The notes: a model not told the origin generated them from the letters alone. Shown: positions 1 to 10,037, counted from the stretch's first letter. The stretch: 64,000 nucleotides of DNA from an uncultured Candidatus Saccharibacteria bacterium (GCA_964429815.1 CAYSCM010000001.1:384001-448000), one strand, 5' to 3'. Program-made: numbers and translations.

Positions 1-149
1 GGGGACGAAGCTCACCTTCGTTAGAAATTTTTTGACGAACTGACCGCACGTTAAGCGCCGCCGCGGCGCCCGAGCTTCGGGCGCCGCGGTCCCCATTTTT
101 TAAGAATTTCCGAAGGATTGACCCCTGTATATACACGTGTCGAAATACA

Positions 150-2615
150 TTGTCCACAATTTTCCACCGAGCATCACAGACGTACAATGGGACGACTTTA
201 GTAGATTGTTATTTATCCATGGAGGCACAGCAAAAGTCGATGAGCGCGCAGGAGCTTGTGAAGGACCAAGTCGATCAATTACTCAATGCTCCCGCCGTCG
301 AGGAGGAGCCGAGGCTCATTTCTTCGCAGGATTACACGAAATTCGTGCCGAGCGTTCAGAAACGCGACGCTTCTATCGCGATTTTCGACTTCCAAAAGAT
401 AGTCCGGGCCATCCACAAGGCCATGATCGCCTCCAATGAAGGCTCGCTTGGCGAAGCGGAGATCGTCGCGCATAAGGTGATGAGCGACATCACCCGCATC
501 GCACGCAAATACAAGACTTTCATGCCCACCGTGGAGGGCATCCAAGACACCGTCGAGACCGAGCTCATGTTCTCCGACTACACGGCGACGGCGAAAAACT
601 ACATCATCTATAGACAGAAGCGCTCTGAGCTCCGCTCGATCGGCGTCATCGTGCCCGAGCATGTGCGCAAACTCTCCGAAGAGTCCGCGACGTATTTCAA
701 AGATAATCCCTTAGGCGAGTTCGTGTACCTGCGCACGTACGCGAAGTGGGTCGAAAGCGAAAACCGCCGCGAAACATGGATCGAGACCGTCGATCGCTAC
801 GTGAACTTTATGAAAAAGAATCTTGGCGACAAGCTCACGGCTGACGAGTACGCCGAAGTGCGCGAGGCCATACTCAAACAAGAAGCAATGCCCTCGATGC
901 GCCTCCTTCAGTTCGCCGGCCCCGCGGTCGAGCGCTGCAACGTCGGCGCATACAACTGCTCCTTCATCGCGCCAAGCAAGCTCGAAGACTTCGCGGAGAT
1001 CATGTACGTCTCGATGTGCGGCACCGGTGCGGGCTACTCGGTCGAGAGCGCCAATATCCAGGAGCTCCCGCTCATCAAAAAGCAGACCGGCGAGAAACTT
1101 CCCTCTCATATCATCGGCGACAGCAAGGAAGGCTGGTGTGATGCACTCACTCTTGGGCTCAAGGTGTGGTTTGACGGCAAGGACGTCGACTTCGACTACT
1201 CGCTCATCCGTCCCGCAGGGGCCCGTCTCAAGACGATGGGCGGCAAAGCTTCCGGTCCCGAGCCCCTTCGAAACCTCCTTACTTTCGCTAGGCAGACCAT
1301 CATGGCCCGCCAAGGGCGCCGTCTCAGCAACCTCGATGCGCACGACATGATCTGCAAGATAGGAGACTGCGTCGTTGCCGGCGGGGTACGTCGCAGCGCC
1401 ATGATCTCGCTTTCGGACCTCGACGATGAGGGCGTGCGCGACGCAAAACGAGGACAGTTCTACCTGACGCATCCGCATCGAGCACTCGCCAATAACTCCG
1501 CAGTCTACGAACACAAGCCGACGGCATCGGAATTCATGCAGGAGTGGCTCTCACTCGTTCAAAGCGGCTCTGGCGAGCGCGGCATCTTCAACCGCGGCTC
1601 GCTTGAGAAGCAGCTTCCGAAGCGCCGCTCCGAACTTCTACGAAAAAAATACGGCGAGGACGGGGCGAACCCCATTGGCCGCCTCGGTACCAACCCTTGC
1701 GGCGAAATCATTCTCCAGAGCAAACAGTTCTGCAATCTCTCGGAGGTCGTCTGTCGCGCCGATGACACGGAAGAGACACTACTGCGAAAGATGCGCGTCG
1801 CCGCTATTTTGGGCACCTACCAATCGACCCTTACCGATTTCAAATATCTGTCGAAGGAGTGGCGGGAAAACTGCGAGCGTGAGCGGCTGCTTGGCGTATC
1901 GCTCACTGGCCAGTGGGATTCCCCGGTCGTCCAGGAAGACAAGATGCTTGAAAAACTACGCACGCGGGCCGTCGAGGTGAACCGAACCTACGCTAAGCGT
2001 TTCGGTATCGCACAGAGCAGTGCTATCACGTGCGTCAAACCCTCCGGCACGCTCTCGCAAATGGTCAACTGCGCTTCCGGCATGCATCCGCGCCATAGCC
2101 CCTACTACATCCGCCGCATCCGCATCAGCGCCACCGACTCGCTCTTCAAGATGCTCAAAGACCAGGGCGTGCCGTACCACCCCGAGGTTGGGCAGAGCAT
2201 AGAGACCGCGAACACCTACGTACTCGAGTTTCCGGTCAAAGCACCCGAGCACACAAAAGTCTTTAAGAATGATCTCACTGCGCTCAAACAGCTCAATCAC
2301 TGGAAGCAAGTGAAAAGTCACTACACTGAGCACAATCCTTCCGTCACCGTATCGGTGGGGGAAAGCGAATGGGTCGATGTCGCCCACTGGCTCTACAACA
2401 ACTGGGACATCATCGGCGGCCTCTCATTTCTGCCACGCGAAGACCATGTCTACCAGCTCGCACCATACGAGGCCATCACGAAGGAACAATATGAGGAGAT
2501 GAGCAAGCGTTTCGTGAACGTTGACTACAGCAAGCTCGTCACCTACGAGCTGCGCGACGAGACCGAGATGAAAAAGGAGCTTGCCTGCGCTGGCGGCGTG
2601 TGCGAGATTGTGTAA
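150..2615 (+). CDS. nrdJ: Ribonucleotide reductase, class II (adenosylcobalamin-type) with N-terminal ATP-cone
   Basis: 821-aa ORF. ATP-cone-like segment (VQKRDASIAIFDFQKIVRAIHKAM), active-site finger-loop motif TNPCGEI, C-terminal Cys pair (CAGGVC). The ORF track start at 150 is TTG; an ATG at 219 (MEAQQK...) is an alternative start. Confidence 0.8.
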   Translation: MSTIFHRASQTYNGTTLVDCYLSMEAQQKSMSAQELVKDQVDQLLNAPAVEEEPRLISSQDYTKFVPSVQKRDASIAIFDFQKIVRAIHKAMIASNEGSLGEAEIVAHKVMSDITRIARKYKTFMPTVEGIQDTVETELMFSDYTATAKNYIIYRQKRSELRSIGVIVPEHVRKLSEESATYFKDNPLGEFVYLRTYAKWVESENRRETWIETVDRYVNFMKKNLGDKLTADEYAEVREAILKQEAMPSMRLLQFAGPAVERCNVGAYNCSFIAPSKLEDFAEIMYVSMCGTGAGYSVESANIQELPLIKKQTGEKLPSHIIGDSKEGWCDALTLGLKVWFDGKDVDFDYSLIRPAGARLKTMGGKASGPEPLRNLLTFARQTIMARQGRRLSNLDAHDMICKIGDCVVAGGVRRSAMISLSDLDDEGVRDAKRGQFYLTHPHRALANNSAVYEHKPTASEFMQEWLSLVQSGSGERGIFNRGSLEKQLPKRRSELLRKKYGEDGANPIGRLGTNPCGEIILQSKQFCNLSEVVCRADDTEETLLRKMRVAAILGTYQSTLTDFKYLSKEWRENCERERLLGVSLTGQWDSPVVQEDKMLEKLRTRAVEVNRTYAKRFGIAQSSAITCVKPSGTLSQMVNCASGMHPRHSPYYIRRIRISATDSLFKMLKDQGVPYHPEVGQSIETANTYVLEFPVKAPEHTKVFKNDLTALKQLNHWKQVKSHYTEHNPSVTVSVGESEWVDVAHWLYNNWDIIGGLSFLPREDHVYQLAPYEAITKEQYEEMSKRFVNVDYSKLVTYELRDETEMKKELACAGGVCEIV

Positions 2616-2633
2616 CACCTCGCTCCCCTGATA

Positions 2634-2672
2634 CAACAACTGCCTGCGATCGCGGGCAGTTGTTGTATTTGT
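2634..2672 (+). terminator. Rho-independent terminator after nrdJ
   Basis: Perfect hairpin caacaactgcc...ggcagttgttg followed by tatttgt. Confidence 0.6.
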
Positions 2673-2694
2673 AAAAAGATGGTATAGTATTCCC

Positions 2695-3155
2695 CGTGCA
2701 CCGGATAATCGCGCACCCCAAAGGAATTTGAGGAGGTGAGGAAAGTCCGAACACAGCCGAGCACCTGTAAGGTCGTAGTGCCGCAGGGATGCACTATTGC
2801 TTTACAGGTGCTCGGAGCAGGTAGCGTCCTAAGCTTTCGCTCTGCGAAAGCCGGATCCGACACTCGCAAGAGTGTTCAGGAGGTAACGCCCGTCCACCGT
2901 AAGGTGCGAGATGCGAACAGAAACGTCGATGCCGAAAGGCTAGAGTCCCCTCGGGGATTGTCTCGTCGAGAGGCGAGGATGAAACGGCTAAACTCTTACT
3001 TCTGTGCAAGGCCGCGTCGAGCACCTTTAAGGTTGTATTGGAGCAAGAATCAATATTGCTTTAAAGGTGCTCGAAGTGCCGCTTGAACCGCACAGCGATG
3101 TGTGGTCCAGATAAATGATTATCGTCCGCCACTGGCGGATACAGAATTCGGCTTA
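2695..3155 (+). ncRNA. rnpB: RNase P RNA (bacterial type A-like, about 460 nt, with extra or duplicated hairpins)
   Basis: 5' gaggaaagtccgaacacagc matches the conserved GGAAAGUCCGGGC P4 strand, and 3' acagaattcggcttacag matches ACAGAACCCGGCUUA. The GG>AA / CC>TT change is compensatory. P1 candidate pairs gtgcacc (2696) with ggtgcac (3146). No ORF. A terminator hairpin follows. Confidence 0.75.
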
Positions 3156-3176
3156 CAGGTGCACGCACAAATGATG

Positions 3177-3206
3177 AAGGCCCGCGAAAGCGGGCCTTTG
3201 TCGTTT
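3177..3206 (+). terminator. Rho-independent terminator after rnpB
   Basis: aggcccgc-gaaa-gcgggcct hairpin followed by a T-rich tract. Confidence 0.55.
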
Positions 3207-3283
3207 AACCACAGGAATGCCTGTGGGGGCAGGAACCGTCGAGGTATACTTCCTGTATTACTTTTTAAGAGTTAGAGAGATTT

Positions 3284-5587
3284 ATGAGCACGTCGCGATT
3301 GCCCACCTACCTTCTTCTTATAGGACTCCTTCTTTCTCCCCTCTTTTTCATTCCGTCTGTCACCATACCCTTCGTTTTTGCCAAGGTGCATGTGCTGACC
3401 CTCCTTAGCTCTCTGGCGTTTCTTATCGCCGTCGTCGTCGCACTGCGGCGGCGGGCGGTATCGCTTACGTTTCATCCTGTCCTTCTCGCGCTCTGGACGG
3501 TCGTCGCCGCGTACCTCGTCTCAGCCCTCCTTACCAAAGCGCCGATGCTCTCGCTGGTGGGAATGCGCTTCGACGTGGATACCGTGGCATTCATGGCGCT
3601 TGCGGCGTTTTCAGCGACGCTCTGCGCTCACCTTTTCTCGGAGCGGCGGCACTTGTCGCTTCTCCTGCGGGGAGCCGCCATCGTCGCCGCGCTCGGCGGC
3701 CTTTTTGTGGGCGCGAGGCTCCTTTTCGGAGTTGGGTTTTTGGGCTTCGGGTTTTTCACCGATAAAACGAGCAATTTCTTCGGCAGTTGGAACGACCTTG
3801 CTCTTCTCTCCGGACTCTCAGCGATTCTTTGCCTCAATGCACTTCGCTCCGCGACGCTCGTCGGAGCGAAAAAAGTCCTGGTTATCGTGGGACTCGTCGC
3901 TTCGATCTTCTTCCTCGCTATCACCAACTACTTCACGGCGCTCCTCGTCGTCGCGGTAGTCTCGGCGGCCTTCTTCCTTCTCGAGATGCTCTCTTCGATA
4001 CGCGCACGCTCGACGGCGTCACTCTTCCACCTTTTTCCGATTTTCGCCCTCCTCACCGCGCTCGTGGCGGGCCTCTTCGCTTTTGAGAGCGGTATCGGCG
4101 GGTCCTTGGCGACCTCGGTCGGCATCTCCCAGCTCGAGGCGCGACCCTCCTGGGTCACCACGTTTGACATCGGCAAGGCGACCCTTAACGCTAACCCGCT
4201 CTTTGGCTCCGGACCAAACACGTTCGTGCGGGATTGGCTTCTCAATAAGCCCGCCGAGGTCAACACGACGGCGTTCTGGGCCGCCGACTTCATTCAAGGT
4301 GTCGGCACTATCCCAACCGGCTTTATCACGACCGGCATCGTGGGCACTGCTTTCTACGCAATATTCCTTCTCCTCCTCGTTCTTGCGAGCGTCCAATTCT
4401 TTGTTCGCTCCGGTCAGGCCTCCGGCGGAAGCTTCTACAGCACCACCTTCGCCCTTGCCGCTCTCTATCTCGTGCTCTTCACGTTCCTCTATACCCCCTC
4501 ACCGATACTCGTTCTCAGCGCGTACGCTTCCGTCGGACTCTTCATCGCCGCGCTCATCGCCGAAGGCTTCTTGATGAAGCGGCAAATCTCCCTTGCGATG
4601 CCGACGTGGGGGAGCTATCTCATGCAGCTTGCCATGGCGCTTGCGATAATCACGACCGTCGCCTATCTCGGCGAGAGCGGTATGCGGTTCATCGCTGCAC
4701 TGCAAGCCGGTCAGGCCTCCGCGGACATACAAGCGGGCGACGTGGTGAACGCAAAGCGTCATAGCGCCTCCGCTCTCTCCTTGGCGCACGTCGACGAGTA
4801 TGAGCGACTTGCGGCTCTCGCGAATCTTGCGGCGCTTCGTGACCTGGTCAACAAGAAAAATCCAACCGACGAGAACAAGGCGCAGGCGCAGCAAGAGTTG
4901 TCTGAGGCCGTTGCCCATGTTACGGCGGCCGTAAACGACAATAGCCAGAACTACCAAAACTGGCTCGCGCTCGCGCAGGTTTACATAACCGTGCTGCCTC
5001 TCCAGGTCCAAGGCGCCTACGAAAATGCCAAAACGGCATTGGGGAAGGCGATCGAGCTTGCTCCCAAAAACCCGGACCTCGAGCTTGCGTTCGCCCAGCT
5101 CGAGCTCGGCCAAAACAATACCGTCGAGGGACGAAAGCACCTCACCAACTCCCTCTCGCTCAAAGGAAACTACACCGCGGCGATTTACCTCCTGGCGCAG
5201 CTTGATATAGCCGAGGGCAAGTCTGATGAAGCACTCCAGGCGCTCGCGGTCGCCCAACAACTCATCCCCAACGAACCCTCCGTCTACTTCATGGCGGGCT
5301 ACCTTTTCTACGCGCGAAACGACGACAAAAACGCCATAGGAGCGCTCAAAGAGGCCGTCGCACTCAACAAGGACTACGCCAATGCGCACTACTTCCTCGG
5401 TCTTGCTCTCGCCCGTTCGGGTGACAGTGCCGGCGCCATTGCAGAATTCGAAGGGCTTGCGGCAGGTAACCCTGACAACGCCGATGTCGCGGCGATACTT
5501 AAGAATCTAAAAGCGGGGAAGCCGCCCTTCGCCGCGCAGACTCAGAGGCCGACCAAGAACTCGCCGCTTCCCATCAAGGGTGAATAA
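3284..5587 (+). CDS. Polytopic membrane protein, O-antigen-ligase-like (Wzy_C-type) with C-terminal TPR repeats
   Basis: 767 aa. About 10 predicted TM helices in the N-terminal 450 aa. C-terminal region has repeated TPR-like helices (NYQNWLALAQVYIT..., AIYLLAQLDIAEG..., ANAHYFLGLALARSGD). Confidence 0.5.
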   Translation: MSTSRLPTYLLLIGLLLSPLFFIPSVTIPFVFAKVHVLTLLSSLAFLIAVVVALRRRAVSLTFHPVLLALWTVVAAYLVSALLTKAPMLSLVGMRFDVDTVAFMALAAFSATLCAHLFSERRHLSLLLRGAAIVAALGGLFVGARLLFGVGFLGFGFFTDKTSNFFGSWNDLALLSGLSAILCLNALRSATLVGAKKVLVIVGLVASIFFLAITNYFTALLVVAVVSAAFFLLEMLSSIRARSTASLFHLFPIFALLTALVAGLFAFESGIGGSLATSVGISQLEARPSWVTTFDIGKATLNANPLFGSGPNTFVRDWLLNKPAEVNTTAFWAADFIQGVGTIPTGFITTGIVGTAFYAIFLLLLVLASVQFFVRSGQASGGSFYSTTFALAALYLVLFTFLYTPSPILVLSAYASVGLFIAALIAEGFLMKRQISLAMPTWGSYLMQLAMALAIITTVAYLGESGMRFIAALQAGQASADIQAGDVVNAKRHSASALSLAHVDEYERLAALANLAALRDLVNKKNPTDENKAQAQQELSEAVAHVTAAVNDNSQNYQNWLALAQVYITVLPLQVQGAYENAKTALGKAIELAPKNPDLELAFAQLELGQNNTVEGRKHLTNSLSLKGNYTAAIYLLAQLDIAEGKSDEALQALAVAQQLIPNEPSVYFMAGYLFYARNDDKNAIGALKEAVALNKDYANAHYFLGLALARSGDSAGAIAEFEGLAAGNPDNADVAAILKNLKAGKPPFAAQTQRPTKNSPLPIKGE

Positions 5588-5589
5588 GG

Positions 5590-7269
5590 ATGCCCCAGCG
5601 TATCTTCAATCTTTTTAACCGGGAAGTACGCGGCATACACCAAGCCGCGTACCTCCTCGGTATTTTCGCCATCATCTCTCAGCTTCTCGCGCTCCTGCGC
5701 GACCACCTCCTTGCCGGCGCTTTTGGCGCCGGGGCGACACTCGACCTCTACTACGCCTCGTTCCGACTCCCCGATCTTCTCTTTGCAGGCATCGCTTCGC
5801 TCGTCTCCGTCTACGTCCTTATTCCGTTCTTTTCTCAGAAAGTCGAAGGCGGCGGCGGGGAAGCACGCGCGTTCCTCTCGACCATGCTCACGGGCTATGT
5901 CGCTCTCATCGGCATCGCTTCCCTCATCGTGTTCTTTGCCGCGCCGTACCTCTTGCCCCGAGTGTTTCCCGGCTTCGCCACGCAATCGCACGAGCTCGTG
6001 TTTCTCACGAGACTCCTCCTATTGCAGCCGATACTTCTTGGTCTTTCTTCGCTCATCGGGACCATAACCCAGCACGATCGGAAATTTTTCCTGTACGCGT
6101 TTTCTCCCATTCTCTACAATGTCGGCATTATCCTGGGCATTGCGTTTCTCTACCCGCTCTGGGGCCTTCCTGGGCTCATTGTGGGCGTGATAGTTGGAGC
6201 TCTCATGCACGTGGGAATCCAGGTGCCCTACACGCTCTCGACCGGCTACTTTCCGGTCCTCACGAAAAAGGCTTCGTGGCGGGAGTTTCGTCAGGTCGTC
6301 ACGCTCTCGCTTCCGCGTACCATCGCACTTTCGGCGAACCAGGTAGCGCTTCTCGTCATTGCGACCCTGGCAGGCGGGATTACCGCAGGCTCCATCGCGG
6401 TTTTTAACCTCGCGCTCAACCTGCAATCGGTGCCGCTCTCCGTCATCGGCGTCTCCTATTCCGTCGCAGCTTTCCCGACACTCGCCAGGCTCTTCTCCTT
6501 AGGAGAGCGCGATGCCTTTTTTGCGCAAATCTCTGCCGCGTCGAGGCACATCATCTTCTGGTCTCTTCCAACACTCTCTCTCTTTATCGTGCTGCGCGCC
6601 CAGATCGTCCGCACCATCCTTGGCTCCGGCGCGTTCAACTGGAATGACACCCGCCTCACTGCCGCCGCAGTTGCCATTTTCGTCGTCTCTCTCTTGGCGC
6701 AGGGGCTGGTCCTTCTCATCGTGCGTGGCTACTACGCCGCCGGGCGTACTGCGGTGCCTCTTATCATCAATGTGGGCTCCGCGCTCCTCTCCATCGTCTT
6801 TTCCCTCTACTTTTTGTACTTGTTCCGTTCGTCTCCCGCGTTCGCCTCTTTCACCGAGTCGCTCCTGCGCGTTTCGGGAATCGAAGGGACAGCTGTTCTC
6901 ATGCTCCCCTTGGGGTACATGCTCGCCCAGATCGGGAACGCCGTGGCGCTCTTTCTTCTTTTTGAGCGGGACTTTCGACGCTTTGCCAGCGAGCTCCTCT
7001 CAGGGAGCCTCCAGAGCTTCTGCGCCGCTGTCGTTATGGGGCTTGTCGCCTACCTCCTCCTCAATATCTTCGATACCGTTTTTGACATAACCACGTTTGT
7101 CGGTATATTTTCCCAGGGACTATTCTCCGGACTTGGCGCTATCGTCGTGGGCGTTGTCGTGCTGTGGGTCCTTCGGAACCAGGAACTCTCCGAGATTGCC
7201 GGCTCGCTACGCTCACGCATATTCACCGCTCCCGCTACGGCTCCCGATGAGATAGAGCCTACCGTCTAG
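5590..7269 (+). CDS. murJ: Lipid II flippase MurJ/MviN
   Basis: 559 aa, polytopic. N-terminus IHQAAYLLGIFAIISQLLALLRDHLLAGAFGAGATLDLYYASFRLPDLLF is typical of the MurJ family. Confidence 0.8.
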   Translation: MPQRIFNLFNREVRGIHQAAYLLGIFAIISQLLALLRDHLLAGAFGAGATLDLYYASFRLPDLLFAGIASLVSVYVLIPFFSQKVEGGGGEARAFLSTMLTGYVALIGIASLIVFFAAPYLLPRVFPGFATQSHELVFLTRLLLLQPILLGLSSLIGTITQHDRKFFLYAFSPILYNVGIILGIAFLYPLWGLPGLIVGVIVGALMHVGIQVPYTLSTGYFPVLTKKASWREFRQVVTLSLPRTIALSANQVALLVIATLAGGITAGSIAVFNLALNLQSVPLSVIGVSYSVAAFPTLARLFSLGERDAFFAQISAASRHIIFWSLPTLSLFIVLRAQIVRTILGSGAFNWNDTRLTAAAVAIFVVSLLAQGLVLLIVRGYYAAGRTAVPLIINVGSALLSIVFSLYFLYLFRSSPAFASFTESLLRVSGIEGTAVLMLPLGYMLAQIGNAVALFLLFERDFRRFASELLSGSLQSFCAAVVMGLVAYLLLNIFDTVFDITTFVGIFSQGLFSGLGAIVVGVVVLWVLRNQELSEIAGSLRSRIFTAPATAPDEIEPTV

Positions 7270-7291
7270 GGGCTCCGGAATCCCCCCGTGT

Positions 7292-9085
7292 ATGGACGCT
7301 ATACGTAATTTTTCCATTATCGCTCACATTGACCACGGCAAGTCGACGCTCGCCGACCGCTTTTTGGAGCTGACCGGCACCATTGAAAAGCGGAAGATGA
7401 AAGACCAAGTGCTCGACTCAATGGAGCTTGAACGGGAGCGCGGCATTACGATAAAAATGCAGCCAGTGCGCATGCGACATAGCATTGGAAGCGCCGAATA
7501 CGTGCTCAATCTTATCGACACACCCGGGCATATCGATTTCTCCTACGAAGTCTCGCGCGCCCTTCGCGCCGTCGAAGGTGCGCTCCTCCTAGTCGACGCA
7601 ACCCAGGGCGTGCAGGCACAAACGCTCACCACGCTCGGAATGGCGCGTGAACAAGGGCTCGTCATCGTACCGGTCGTCTCGAAGATAGATTCCCCACTTG
7701 CACGTTCCGATGAAGTAAAGCTCGAGCTTGCGAACCTTCTTAGCGTCTCGCCGGAGGATGTGCTGGCCGTTTCCGGGCGCACGGGGGAAGGAGTGAGAGA
7801 GCTTCTCGACGCCATCGTCGCGCGCATTCCGCCGCCCAGGTGCAAATTCAGCGGCAAGGACGATTTTCGCGGCCTGGTGTTCGATTTCAAGTACAGCAAC
7901 CATCGGGGCATCATTGTGTACTTGCGTGTGTTCGATGGAGAAGTGGCGAGGAATACTCCGCTTATGTTCCGTGCGGCGAATCGGAGCTTTGTCGCTGCCG
8001 AGGTCGGTATTTTCACTCCGGAAGAGTTGCCAAAAGAGGAGCTCACGGCAGGGGAGATAGGCTACATCGTCACTGGCATCAAAGAGCCAGGTGTCGCCTC
8101 CGTCGGCGACACCCTTGCACGAAGCCCTTCAAAGGTTCCGACACTTCCCGGCTATTTGACTCCTGCACCGGTGGTGTGGGCTTCGGTGTATCCCGAGAGC
8201 CAAGACGATTTCGATTATTTACGACAGGCGCTCCTGCGACTGCGGCTCTCCGATTCCTCGCTCTCCTACGAGGAGGAATCATCGGGGAATCTTGGCAGGG
8301 GTTTCCGATGCGGATTTCTCGGCATGCTCCACCTCGAGATCGTGACTGAGCGCCTCAAGCGTGAATTTAATCTCTCTCTTGTTATTACGACACCGACCAT
8401 CGCTTATGAGGTTGAGACGTCCGATAAAAAAATACAGACCATTTATTCGCCGGCGCGCTTTCCCGCTGACGGACGGATAGCGCAGATCCGGGAACCGTGG
8501 GTCAAAGTGACGCTCTTTTGCCCGCCGGAGTACGTAAGTAATGTCATGCAGCTCCTCTACGACCACGAAGCGCAGCTCGGGGATTCGGAAACCTGGAGCG
8601 ACGGGCGCACCAAGATGACGGTACGGATGCCGATGCGTGAGCTCATGCGCAACTTCTTCGATAAGATAAAAAGCGTTTCCTCCGGCTTCGCCTCGCTCTC
8701 CTACGAGATAGAGGGGATGCGGATCGCGGACGTCGTGAAGCTCGAGATTCTCGTCGCGGAGGAAGTCATCCCCGCGTTCTCGCGCATCGTCTCACGTAGG
8801 AAAGTTGAGCACGAGGCGCAAGACGCGGTGGAGAAGCTCCACAAAGTGCTCCCGCGACAGCTTTTCGTCACCAAAATCCAGGGAAAGGCGATGGGGCGCA
8901 TCATCGCATCGCGGACCCTCTCAGCGCTGCGCAAGGACGTCACAGGATACCTCTACGGCGGCGATATCACCCGTAAGATGAAACTCCTTGAAAAACAGAA
9001 AAAGGGAAAGAAAAAAATGAAAGAACACGGCCGCGTAAACATCCCGCAGGACGTGTTTCTCAAAATGATCAAGCAAGAGGAGTAG
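7292..9085 (+). CDS. lepA: Elongation factor 4 (LepA)
   Basis: 597 aa. GTPase G1 [11 protein letters not shown], the DTPGHIDF motif, and the LepA-specific C-terminal domain. Confidence 0.9.
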   Translation: MDAIRNFSIIAHIDHGKSTLADRFLELTGTIEKRKMKDQVLDSMELERERGITIKMQPVRMRHSIGSAEYVLNLIDTPGHIDFSYEVSRALRAVEGALLLVDATQGVQAQTLTTLGMAREQGLVIVPVVSKIDSPLARSDEVKLELANLLSVSPEDVLAVSGRTGEGVRELLDAIVARIPPPRCKFSGKDDFRGLVFDFKYSNHRGIIVYLRVFDGEVARNTPLMFRAANRSFVAAEVGIFTPEELPKEELTAGEIGYIVTGIKEPGVASVGDTLARSPSKVPTLPGYLTPAPVVWASVYPESQDDFDYLRQALLRLRLSDSSLSYEEESSGNLGRGFRCGFLGMLHLEIVTERLKREFNLSLVITTPTIAYEVETSDKKIQTIYSPARFPADGRIAQIREPWVKVTLFCPPEYVSNVMQLLYDHEAQLGDSETWSDGRTKMTVRMPMRELMRNFFDKIKSVSSGFASLSYEIEGMRIADVVKLEILVAEEVIPAFSRIVSRRKVEHEAQDAVEKLHKVLPRQLFVTKIQGKAMGRIIASRTLSALRKDVTGYLYGGDITRKMKLLEKQKKGKKKMKEHGRVNIPQDVFLKMIKQEE

Positions 9086-9091
9086 TTTCCT

Positions 9092-9196
9092 AGCGGAATG
9101 CCGGGAAGTAGAGGAGCACCATCGAGACGATGATGATTACCGAGAGGGTGATCCAGATCGCCTTGAAAGCCGCTTTCGTACGCTTGTCGAACATGA
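9092..9196 (-). CDS. Possible small hydrophobic protein (34 aa)
   Basis: Minus-strand ATG at 9196, MFDKRTKAAFKAIWITLSVIIIVSMVLLYFPAFR, with a single TM segment. It lies between lepA and ftsB-like and is too short for the ORF track. Confidence 0.25.
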
Positions 9197-9212
9197 TGGT
9201 AGACTAGCACAT

Positions 9213-9590
9213 ATGTTGCGTCCCCGTGAAGTAAGCCCTTGGAAGAAGCTCCTCTTCAGCTACCCGACGCTCTTTCTTCTCATCCTCCTCGTGGCACTTC
9301 TCTTCCGCTCGGTGTATCTCGCGTATCTTCGGGAGCGGGCAACAGCGAAGCTCCTTTCCGAGCGTCGCAACGAATTAAACCAGGTCGAAACGCGGGTAGC
9401 TGCGGTCGCGGAGAGGGTCAGGCAACTCAACACACCACGCGGGGTCGAGGAGGAGGTGCGCTCGCGTTTCCAGGTTGCAAAGCCGGGCGAGAAAGTTATA
9501 GTCATCGTTGACCAAGATGCAACGTCTACGGCCGCTTCAGCCGACACAGCTCGGTTCTGGTCGCGGGTAAAAAAGTTTTTTGGTTTCTAA
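9213..9590 (+). CDS. Septum formation initiator family protein (FtsB/DivIC-like)
   Basis: 125 aa. N-terminal TM followed by a coiled-coil (AKLLSERRNELNQVETRVAAVAERVRQL...). Size and architecture fit FtsB/DivIC. Confidence 0.6.
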   Translation: MLRPREVSPWKKLLFSYPTLFLLILLVALLFRSVYLAYLRERATAKLLSERRNELNQVETRVAAVAERVRQLNTPRGVEEEVRSRFQVAKPGEKVIVIVDQDATSTAASADTARFWSRVKKFFGF

Positions 9591-9597
9591 GGAGAAA

Positions 9598-9668
9598 GCG
9601 GGATTAGTTTAGTGGCAAAATGAATGCTTCCCAAGCATTAGTCACCGGTCCGATTCCGGTATCCCGCA
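9598..9668 (+). tRNA. tRNA-Gly (anticodon CCC)
   Basis: Hand-folded cloverleaf: acceptor GCGGGAT/ATCCCGC, anticodon loop ttCCCaa, T-arm ccgg-tccgatt-ccgg. Confidence 0.8.
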
Positions 9669-9741
9669 CAAAATAAGGCTATTTTGCCAAATGTATCCAC
9701 AGGGGAGAGCGTGATATACTAAAAATCCCTAAGAAAATGAT

Positions 9742-9993
9742 ATGAAACCTGTCACTATGTACAGCACGCCGACCTGCCACTTTTGTCACATGGCAAAGGA
9801 TTTTTTCAGAGAGCACAACGTGCCGTTCACGGACTACAACGTGGCGACTGATCTCGTAAAACGCAAGGAGATGATAGAGCGATCTCGCCAGATGGGAGTG
9901 CCGGTCATATTCATAGGCGATGAGATGATCATCGGCTTTAACCAGGAACGCATCGAAAAAGCTCTCGGCCTCACCGCAAAAACCGCCCTCTAG
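9742..9993 (+). CDS. Glutaredoxin-like protein (NrdH/Grx family)
   Basis: 83 aa with a CHFC redox motif near the N-terminus (YSTPTCHFCHMAKDFF) and a thioredoxin-fold pattern (GVPVIFIGDEMIIG). Confidence 0.75.
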   Translation: MKPVTMYSTPTCHFCHMAKDFFREHNVPFTDYNVATDLVKRKEMIERSRQMGVPVIFIGDEMIIGFNQERIEKALGLTAKTAL

Positions 9994-10037
9994 GGCGGTT
10001 TTTGCTTTGCAGACCAGCGTGCTAGTGTTTTTGCATT

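Noticed and set aside
30-110. Cobalamin riboswitch upstream of nrdJ
   Set aside because: The GC-rich structure is a single long perfect hairpin followed by a T-run. That is terminator geometry, not the multi-helix B12 aptamer with a conserved B12 box. B12 riboswitches also typically control B12-independent isozymes, not nrdJ.
279-2387. Several 60-270-aa ORFs antisense to or overlapping nrdJ (for example 711-1514 minus, 823-1350 plus, 1956-2387 minus)
   Set aside because: They lie inside a well-supported 821-aa RNR gene. Their Arg/Ser/Pro-rich low-complexity translations are typical of spurious frames in GC-rich DNA.
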